From: Candidatus Fermentibacteraceae bacterium
Lineage (GTDB): Bacteria > Fermentibacterota > Fermentibacteria > Fermentibacterales > JCC-6
Assembly (NCBI GenBank): GCA_041750285.1
Contig: JBGSZS010000018.1
Span: 96,001 to 160,000 of the forward strand
Length of the DNA: 64,000 nucleotides
Direction of reading: 5' to 3'
The notes beneath the pieces are model-generated. The model searched no databases and was not told where the DNA came from. It saw nothing but the letters and a program-made list of their open reading frames with translations. Made by a program: the position numbers and the translations under genes. Of the stretch, positions 57,118-64,000 are shown piece after piece (position 1 is the first letter of the stretch; every line of letters begins with the position of its first letter).

Positions 57118-57392
57118 TTCATCCCCTTCCGTTTCGGAAACCCGATTGAACCCTGTTCAGGACCCGACTCTCCCCATCCATACACAAACATTATACCACT
57201 TTTGTAAGAGATACCCACTGTACCCTTTACCGGTCATCTTTGCATGGAACCGCACCGGTCCGCTATTTTACGCCCTCACATCAATGAGAATCTCTCCGAG
57301 CCCCCGGGGCTAAAGCACGGTGCCATGCCCCCCGGGCCGATAGGGTGCAACTGGAAACGGGTGCGCCTCCCGCACTTGGAAAGGAGACTACC

Positions 57393-59015
57393 ATGAACGC
57401 CATTCTGCAGATTCCGAGGCCGGGCAACGAGCCGGTGCTGGAATACCGTCCGGGAAGCCCTGAGAGAGAGGCTCTGAGCGCTTCCCTCGCATCCTTTCGT
57501 TCCTCGCAGACAGAGATCCCCCTTCTCATCGGAGGCAGGGAGGTAAGGACCGGGAACCTCGGGGAATGCCGTGTTCCCCACGACCACGGTCACAGGCTGG
57601 GCGTCTTTCACAAGGCCGGCGCTGCCGAGGTCGCCCTTGCCATCGAAGAATCCCGGAAGGCCTGGAAAACCTGGTCCCGCACACCATGGGAGGAGAGGGC
57701 CGCGATCTGCCTGAAGGCTGCGGAGCTTGTTTCCAAGCTCTTCCGCAACACGATTAACGCAACGACCATGCTTTGCCAGAGCAAGACGGTGCACCAGTCC
57801 GAGATCGACGCCGTCTGCGAGATGGCTGATTTCCTGAGGATGAACACGTGGTTCATGCAGAGGATCTACCAGATGCAGCCCGAGAACTTCGCAGCCACAT
57901 GGAACCGGCTCGAGTACAGGGCGCTTGAGGGGTTCGTTTTCGCAGTCTCGCCCTTCAACTTCACATCGATAGGTGCCAACCTGTGCATGGCTCCGGCCCT
58001 GGCAGGGAACACCATCGTCTGGAAGCCCGCCTCCACTGCGGTGTACTCAAACTGGGAACTCATGAAGGTCTTCCGCGAGGCGGGGCTGCCCGAAGGCGTC
58101 ATCAACTTCGTACCAGGGGACTCCTCTCAGGTTGGACCGGCAGCCCTTAATGACAGGCGGCTGGCCGGGGTGCACTTCACAGGTTCCAACAGGGCGTTCA
58201 ACTCAATGTGGAAGACCGTCGCGGGGAACGTTGAGAACTACAGGACCTACCCGCGCATAGTCGGGGAAACGGGCGGCAAGGACTTCGTTGTCGCTCACGC
58301 ATCCGCGGAAGTGCGCGGTCTGGCGGCCTGTCTCATCCGTGGCGCGTTCGAGTTCCAGGGTCAGAAGTGTTCGGCCACATCCAGAGCCTACATACCCAAA
58401 TCGCTCTGGCCTTCCCTCAGGGACATTCTCGAAGAAAGCCTCTCAGCGGTCAAAGTGGGACCCGTGGAGGATTTCGGCAACTTCATGGGCGCGGTGATCG
58501 ACAGGGCCTCATTCGACAACATCCGCGGATACCTCGATTACGCCAGGGCGTGCCCCGACTGCACCGTGGCATTCGGAGGAGGGTGCGATGACAGCACCGG
58601 ATACTTCGTGGAGCCCACGGTGGTTCTGACCACCGACCCGCACTGCAGGCTGATGGAAGAGGAGATCTTCGGCCCCGTCCTGACGGTATACCTTTACGAT
58701 GAGAAAGATTATTCCGAAGTCCTTGCCCTCTGCGACGAAACCTCCCCCTACGCTCTTACGGGGGGCGTCTTCGCGACGGACAGGGAAGCCGTCCGCCTGG
58801 CAGAGACCGTTCTGGTCCACGCGGCCGGCAATTTCTACATAAACGACAAGACTACCGGTGCTACGGTTGGCCACCAGCCCTTCGGCGGAGGACGCTCCTC
58901 CGGAACGAATGACAAGGCCGGTTCGATCTACAACCTCCTTCGCTGGGTGAGCATCCGCACACTGAAGGAGTGCTTCAACACCGCCAGGGACTTCAGATAC
59001 CCGTTCCTGGGCTAG
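57393..59015 (+). CDS. pruA: L-glutamate gamma-semialdehyde (P5C) dehydrogenase (start ATG 57393)
   Basis: NEPVL.Y.PGS.ER, SPFNFT, HFTGS, GETGGK, GQKCSATSR, EEIFGP, FYINDK, QPFGG.R.SGTNDKAG. Confidence 0.92.
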   Translation: MNAILQIPRPGNEPVLEYRPGSPEREALSASLASFRSSQTEIPLLIGGREVRTGNLGECRVPHDHGHRLGVFHKAGAAEVALAIEESRKAWKTWSRTPWEERAAICLKAAELVSKLFRNTINATTMLCQSKTVHQSEIDAVCEMADFLRMNTWFMQRIYQMQPENFAATWNRLEYRALEGFVFAVSPFNFTSIGANLCMAPALAGNTIVWKPASTAVYSNWELMKVFREAGLPEGVINFVPGDSSQVGPAALNDRRLAGVHFTGSNRAFNSMWKTVAGNVENYRTYPRIVGETGGKDFVVAHASAEVRGLAACLIRGAFEFQGQKCSATSRAYIPKSLWPSLRDILEESLSAVKVGPVEDFGNFMGAVIDRASFDNIRGYLDYARACPDCTVAFGGGCDDSTGYFVEPTVVLTTDPHCRLMEEEIFGPVLTVYLYDEKDYSEVLALCDETSPYALTGGVFATDREAVRLAETVLVHAAGNFYINDKTTGATVGHQPFGGGRSSGTNDKAGSIYNLLRWVSIRTLKECFNTARDFRYPFLG

Positions 59016-59018
59016 ACA

Positions 59019-59055
59019 GGGATGGGCGCCGGGGCGGGTCCCCGGCGCCCATCCC
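59019..59055 (+). terminator. Strong hairpin immediately after pruA (terminator or stabiliser)
   Basis: 16-bp perfect stem GGGATGGGCGCCGGGG / CCCCGGCGCCCATCCC with 5-nt loop; no U tract. Confidence 0.55.
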
Positions 59056-59092
59056 GCTGTCAGGAGGCCAATAATGCCTTCATCAGCGCTTC

Positions 59093-61531
59093 GTGACCCT
59101 CTTCCCCCGCTTGACACGGGACGGGGAAGCGGGAATAGTGGACTTCCGGCCAGTAGACTGCGCCGGGGGAGGGGGAACAGGTCTGATCAGTGAGAAAGCC
59201 GGCCCCGGTCTGCGTGCAGCCGCACTGGAAGAAAAGCTCAGTGCCCTGCAGGCCGAGAACACAAGGCTGCTCGAGGTCGAATCACTCCTCGACGAGCTGG
59301 CGGAACTCACAAGGGCGGTCTTCTGGGAAACCGACGCCAATGGTCTTTTCACCAGGGTAAGCAGGGTCTCCGAGGCCGTCCTGGGGTATTCCCCCGAAGA
59401 ATTGATCGGCCGGAAGCATTTTTTCGAACTGCACCCCGAAGAGGGCCGCGAGGCTTTCCGGAAATCCGCCCTCGGGGCTTTCGCCAGACGGGAAGTGTTC
59501 CACAACCTGGTGAACCCCGTCACGATGCGCGACGGCCACGAGGTGCTCCTTCTGACCAACGGCGTTCCCATTGTCAGCCCTGAAGGCGTGTTCACGGGCT
59601 ACAGGGGCATCGATGTGGATGTCACGGACAGGATCAGGTCCGAGGAAGCCCTGAGGATCAAGAACTACGTATTCCATTCTTCCATAGCCGCCAACGGCAT
59701 CATGGACACCAACGCAGTAGTGACTGAGGTGAACGACGCATTTCTAAGGATATGGGGGTACGGCGACCGCTCCGATGTGATCGGCAGATCGATAACCCAG
59801 TTTCTGGCAGACCCCGAGGCGAAGGACCAGTTCTTCTCGGTCATGGGCAGCAAAGGTCAATGGGAAGGCGATTTCACGGCTCGCAGACGCGATGGAACGA
59901 GTTTTGCGGCGCACGGGCTTTCTACGGTCCTTCTGGATGAGAACGGCAGGCACATCGGTTACCAGTCCTCGGTCATCGATGTCTCGAAGAACAGGCTCAT
60001 GGAATCGAGGCTGCGGGAAAGCGAAGCCAGGAACAAAGCCCTTCTCTACGCCCTGCCCGACATCATCTTCATTCTGAGCGAAGACGGGGTCTTCGTCGAC
60101 TACCACGCCGCAAGCAACGCACAGCTTCTGTTCCCGCCCGAAGCCTTCCTGGGAAGGCGCATCAGGGAAGTCCTGCCGGGCGCCATCGCCGAGAACACCC
60201 TTTCCCGGATCGAAGCCGTCCGCCAGGGCCACGATGCCAAGCCTTTCCGGTACGAGGCCAGTGTGGGCTCCGAGACCAGGTACTTCGAAAGCAGGATCGT
60301 CGCGTGTTCGGACGACCGGTTCCTCTCCATCGTTCGGGACATCACCGATCTGAGGCGCGCCGAGCTCGAGCAGGAGCAGCTTCAAGCGCAACTGCGGCAG
60401 GCCCACAAGATGGAATCGGTGGGAAGGCTTGCGGGAGGTGTCGCCCACGACTTCAACAACATGCTGGGCGTCATCATCGGTCACAACGAGATGGCGATGG
60501 AAAAGACCCCGCCATCAAGCCCCGTGATGGATGACCTCAGGGAGATCCAGCACAGTGCCGAACGCTCGGCCGAACTCACCCGGCAGCTCCTTGCGTTCGC
60601 AAGAAGGCAGTCGGTGTCCCCCCGTGTCCTCGACCTGAACAGGACGCTCGACGGAATGCTGAACATGCTTCGCAGGCTCATCGGAGAGGACGTCACGCTC
60701 GAGTGGCTTCCGGGGAACGACCTTTGGCCGGTGCTCGTCGACGCGGCGCAGATGAGCCAGATGCTTGCAAACCTGTGCATCAATGCAAGGCAGGCACTGC
60801 CCGGATCCGGAAGGATAACCATCACCACCGGGAACACTACGCTCCTGCCCGAGTTCTGCTCCCTGAAGCCCGGTTCCCGTCCGGGTGACCATGTGCTGAT
60901 CTCCATCAGCGACAACGGCTGCGGAATGGACCGTGAAACCGTCGACCACATCTTCGAGCCCTTCTTCACCACAAGGAAGCTCGGGCAGGGCACGGGACTC
61001 GGTCTGTCAACGGTTTACGGCATTGTCAAGCAGAGCAACGGTTACGTGGACGTGGAGAGCGAACCCGGCATGGGAACGACGTTCAGGGTGTACTTCCCGA
61101 GAAGCACCACACCCGAGGAACCCTTTTCCGAAGAGCCTGACCTGCCAATGGCCCCCGGCGGAAACGAGACGATTCTCCTGGTCGAGGACGAAAGGTCAAT
61201 TCTGGACATGGTCGCCATCATGCTTTCAAGGCTTGGTTACGAGGTTTTCTCCACCTCGTCGCCCTCCGAGGCCCTGGCCCTGGCCAGAAAGCATCGCGGA
61301 AGGATAAGGCTTCTCATAACCGATGTGGTGATGCCCGAATTGAACGGGAGGGACCTTGCCTGGAGCCTGAGAAGCATCATTCCCGGCCTGAGTTGTCTGT
61401 TCATGTCGGGTTACACTTCCGAGGTCATCGCCCATCAGGGAATCCTGGAGGACGGGGTCCACTTCATCCCCAAGCCCTTCACCTCCAGGGCGCTTGCGGC
61501 GAGCGTCAGGAAGGCCCTGAACGGGCGGTAG
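59093..61531 (+). CDS. Cytoplasmic multi-PAS hybrid sensor histidine kinase/response regulator (true start probably slightly downstream)
   Basis: Three PAS/PAC segments; [64 protein letters not shown]. Confidence 0.92.
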   Translation: MTLFPRLTRDGEAGIVDFRPVDCAGGGGTGLISEKAGPGLRAAALEEKLSALQAENTRLLEVESLLDELAELTRAVFWETDANGLFTRVSRVSEAVLGYSPEELIGRKHFFELHPEEGREAFRKSALGAFARREVFHNLVNPVTMRDGHEVLLLTNGVPIVSPEGVFTGYRGIDVDVTDRIRSEEALRIKNYVFHSSIAANGIMDTNAVVTEVNDAFLRIWGYGDRSDVIGRSITQFLADPEAKDQFFSVMGSKGQWEGDFTARRRDGTSFAAHGLSTVLLDENGRHIGYQSSVIDVSKNRLMESRLRESEARNKALLYALPDIIFILSEDGVFVDYHAASNAQLLFPPEAFLGRRIREVLPGAIAENTLSRIEAVRQGHDAKPFRYEASVGSETRYFESRIVACSDDRFLSIVRDITDLRRAELEQEQLQAQLRQAHKMESVGRLAGGVAHDFNNMLGVIIGHNEMAMEKTPPSSPVMDDLREIQHSAERSAELTRQLLAFARRQSVSPRVLDLNRTLDGMLNMLRRLIGEDVTLEWLPGNDLWPVLVDAAQMSQMLANLCINARQALPGSGRITITTGNTTLLPEFCSLKPGSRPGDHVLISISDNGCGMDRETVDHIFEPFFTTRKLGQGTGLGLSTVYGIVKQSNGYVDVESEPGMGTTFRVYFPRSTTPEEPFSEEPDLPMAPGGNETILLVEDERSILDMVAIMLSRLGYEVFSTSSPSEALALARKHRGRIRLLITDVVMPELNGRDLAWSLRSIIPGLSCLFMSGYTSEVIAHQGILEDGVHFIPKPFTSRALAASVRKALNGR

Positions 61532-61635
61532 ATCACGTTGTTGACAGGATGCGCATGCACGGCTGTCATCCATTTCCGGTCGATTGACGCCGTGAACGGG
61601 GTGAAGCAGGAACCAGTCCGTCAGGAGGGGAACAG

Positions 61636-62712
61636 ATGAAACCGTTTGCACTTATCCTCGCGGTTGCGGCGGCCGCTGCAGAAGCCACCGTCATAGACCA
61701 CACCTGCACAGACCTTGAAAGCATACCAGGCACCTGGATCGACCAGGTCCAGAGCACCATGAAAAGCCACTACGCGCACACCTCCCACGGAAGCCAGCTC
61801 ACCTGGGGGCTTCAGTTCGTGGAAGAGGGTGATCCCGCCTACGCCTACCTGGTGGGGTACGGCCAGCTCCCGTCGTCATCCACGGCCTACTGTGTGTTCG
61901 ACGGTCAGGAGGGTGAGTCCTACGTGACCCCCGAGCTCTACTGGGAGAGTGCAGCCGGCATCCAGATGACACGCGACGTGCTCGAGCACAACCCCTCCAT
62001 AAACACTTCGATGTGGAGCTGGTGCACGCAGTGCGACTATTACTCACAGGCCCAGGTGGCACAGTACCTCAGCGTGATGAGCTCTCTCGAGGCCGAATTT
62101 CCCGATGTCACCTTCATCTACTTCACCGGCAACGCCCAGGCCGAGGGCTCATCGGGTTACGAAAGGCACCAGCGGAACCAGCAGATACGAACCTACTGCC
62201 TTTCCAACGACAAGGTCCTTTACGACTTCGCCGACCTCGACTGCTGGTGGTTCAACCCGGCAACCCAGTCGTGGGAGCAGAACACGTACACGTACAACGG
62301 CAATCAGATCCCTTCGGAACACCCCCAGTTCTCCGGGGACGAGTACGGTCACACCACCGCGGAGAGCTGCGAACAGAAGGGCCGCGCATGGTGGTACATG
62401 ATGGCGGTGCTTGCGGGCTGGTCGGGAACGGGTGTGGAACACGAAGCTCGGAACCCCTGTCCTGCGACCCTGGGCATTTCCCCAAACCCGGCTCCCGGGC
62501 TTGCCGCCGTTTCGCTCTCTCTCGCGGATCCGGGACCGGTGAGCCTCAGTGTCGTCGACCTGGCGGGAAGGGTTGTATGGGAACGGGAGTGGACATGTCT
62601 TGAGGGCGGTTCACACAGTTTCCCGGTCTCCATTGAACCGAGCGGTGTCTACCTGGTCTCGGCAAACGCCTGCGGACAAATGCTTTCGGCAAGACTGGCG
62701 GTTCTGGACTGA
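61636..62712 (+). CDS. Secreted protein with possible SGNH-like fold and T9SS-like C-terminal domain
   Basis: Signal peptide; HTSHGSQ, YDFAD; C-terminus ISPNP...VVDLAGRVV...PSGVYLV. Confidence 0.7.
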   Translation: MKPFALILAVAAAAAEATVIDHTCTDLESIPGTWIDQVQSTMKSHYAHTSHGSQLTWGLQFVEEGDPAYAYLVGYGQLPSSSTAYCVFDGQEGESYVTPELYWESAAGIQMTRDVLEHNPSINTSMWSWCTQCDYYSQAQVAQYLSVMSSLEAEFPDVTFIYFTGNAQAEGSSGYERHQRNQQIRTYCLSNDKVLYDFADLDCWWFNPATQSWEQNTYTYNGNQIPSEHPQFSGDEYGHTTAESCEQKGRAWWYMMAVLAGWSGTGVEHEARNPCPATLGISPNPAPGLAAVSLSLADPGPVSLSVVDLAGRVVWEREWTCLEGGSHSFPVSIEPSGVYLVSANACGQMLSARLAVLD

Positions 62713-62748
62713 CCCCGCCCGTCGTGGCAGTCTGAGAGGGAGGTACTC

Positions 62749-63453
62749 ATGGATCCGACAGTGCTGGCGCTCGTGGGAGCTTCATGGATCGCACTGCCCG
62801 GCGCCCATCCCCCTGCAACGGTTGAGCCCAGCGTGCGGGTCATCGAAGGAAACGGTTCGAGCGCTGTTTTCACCTGGCCTCTGGTGAAGGGTGGGGAGGA
62901 AGACATGGCGGCCGGGGCCATGAACGAAGCCCTGTCATGGGAAGCAGTGACGGGCGAGCCGTTCGAGGAGACCATCGAGGTTTTCTCCCGGATGCAGCGG
63001 GGACACACGGGGGCGGATTTCACGGTGAATCACAACGCAGGAGGCATCCTTGACATCACCCTTCGGATCGAGTTCCTGGGGGCCTATCCCTCAACGGCAT
63101 ACAGGCACTTCTGTTTCGATGTGTCAACCGGACGGGCCGTACGGTTCCAGGAACTGCTGAGTCCCGGAGGGGGGGAAATCCTTGCCGGCATGCTCGATTC
63201 CATGCTTCAGGCGAACATCGCCGCCGCGGCGGCCGACAGCCTGCTCGACCCTGAGCTGTACGGGGGGCACGGGTTCGGCGCGGATGACATGGAGAGCTTC
63301 AGCATAACTGGTGACGGGGTGTGGTTCCACTACGATTTCGGCTTCCCTCACGCCATCCTGGCAGCCCAGCCCGACGGCGAGCTCTTCATTCCGGCCGAAC
63401 GGATCGTTCCCCTGCTTTCGGATGAGTACGCGGGCGAAGAACTCCCGCAGTGA
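62749..63453 (+). CDS. DUF3298/RsiV-like exported protein
   Basis: GAYPST....FDV.TG..V...EL, F.IT.DGV.F.Y. Confidence 0.6.
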   Translation: MDPTVLALVGASWIALPGAHPPATVEPSVRVIEGNGSSAVFTWPLVKGGEEDMAAGAMNEALSWEAVTGEPFEETIEVFSRMQRGHTGADFTVNHNAGGILDITLRIEFLGAYPSTAYRHFCFDVSTGRAVRFQELLSPGGGEILAGMLDSMLQANIAAAAADSLLDPELYGGHGFGADDMESFSITGDGVWFHYDFGFPHAILAAQPDGELFIPAERIVPLLSDEYAGEELPQ

Positions 63454-63457
63454 CGGC

Positions 63458-63697
63458 TCAGCCCCGGGCAGCCAGCATGATGAACACCGCGGCGCCGACG
63501 ATGGCGATTGCGGCCGCCATCCCCGCGACCAGGCAGCTCATCTTCGACCTTTGGGGGAACTCGGTGTCCCTGTTGTCGCCGGAGGCCTGGGGCTGAGCGG
63601 CGGCCTCGGCCTCCAGGATCACCCCGCAATGTGGGCATTGTCCTGAATCCTTAACGAACACTGTCTTCTCGCATGAAGGGCATTTTTCGAAACTCAC
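63458..63697 (-). CDS. Small zinc-ribbon protein with C-terminal TM helix (probable GTG start 63697)
   Basis: CPSC...CPHCG; hydrophobic C-terminus; GTGA overlap with the upstream stop. Confidence 0.6.
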   Translation of the reverse strand: MSFEKCPSCEKTVFVKDSGQCPHCGVILEAEAAAQPQASGDNRDTEFPQRSKMSCLVAGMAAAIAIVGAAVFIMLAARG

Positions 63698-64000
63698 CGC
63701 TCCATCACCTCTTTCCAGCCGGCTGTGTGAACCTCGGGACAACCCGCATCACAATCATATCTCTTTTCACATCTTGCGCATGAACCGGGCATTGGGAATG
63801 TCCCGAGGGCGAATTCCCTCCAGCGCGGGTGGGAAGACGCCTTCCTCCACTCCCTGTGATGGGCTATCCTCACCTGGGAGTGGTTGCACACCCTGAGATA
63901 TCCCGAGGGGTCGACCGTGAAGAAGTTCTTCACGGCGCTGCAGCGGTAGCCCACATGAAGCCGCTTCAGCTCTGAAAGCCCGGGAACACACCTTGGAAAT
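63694..64000 (-). CDS. Radical SAM/SPASM protein, C-terminal fragment (truncated by the right edge)
   Basis: CSAV...TVDPSG.LRVC and CARC.....CDAGC SPASM cysteine pattern. Confidence 0.75.
   Translation of the reverse strand, partial: FPRCVPGLSELKRLHVGYRCSAVKNFFTVDPSGYLRVCNHSQVRIAHHREWRKASSHPRWREFALGTFPMPGSCARCEKRYDCDAGCPEVHTAGWKEVMER

Noticed and set aside
57192..57228. CsoR-like operator upstream of the Cys-rich mini-gene (repeated TACC/TACCC)
   Set aside because: The repeats are direct and short, not the inverted TACC...GGTA arrangement, so the evidence is too weak.
56519..57313. 264-aa plus-strand ORF containing a QQQQ run
   Set aside because: It is antisense to the NTase and the Cys-rich gene; the CAG run is the complement of the TGC Cys codons.
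1..64000. CRISPR array, rRNA, IS/transposase, alternative genetic code
   Set aside because: No regularly spaced repeats or relevant motifs were seen by eye, and conserved genes are intact under the standard code.

Overview
GC-rich, gene-dense chromosomal window from a diderm, probably anaerobic bacterium. T9SS/FlgD-like C-terminal domains, a PorV-like barrel, GWxTD proteins and Bcd-EtfAB fit an FCB-related candidate phylum such as Fermentibacteria; this placement is inference only. The left half is mostly housekeeping: pyrE, tRNA-Ser, a roughly 18 kb minus-strand run (Na/Pi symporter, rsmI, PIP synthase-ino1, tmk, ctpA, PGM, yceD-rpmF-plsX-fabH-fabG-acpP-fabF, bcd-etfB-etfA), then ubiA-ispE-tRNA-Gln-rplY-pth, an exonuclease and murA. 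The right half holds the most interesting material. (1) A roughly 15 kb, 11-gene minus-strand envelope operon: TonB-dependent receptor, exbB, two exbD, tonB, a CTD-bearing protein, a PorV-like barrel, two GWxTD proteins, a CTD-bearing protein with an apparently catalytically dead zincin domain, and a TPR lipoprotein. It has a clear sigma70 promoter, a long structured leader and intercistronic hairpins. (2) A receiver-domain/PEP-synthase-like fusion. (3) A four-gene uncharacterised membrane complex (FN3-DUF6754 type). (4) A nucleotidyltransferase plus HTH pair with a perfect 13-bp inverted repeat over its promoter, resembling type IV toxin-antitoxin systems. (5) An unannotated 54-aa, 11-Cys desulforedoxin/metallothionein-like gene. 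I saw no CRISPR array, integrase, transposase or rRNA. Family assignments come from motif recognition by eye, not from database searches.
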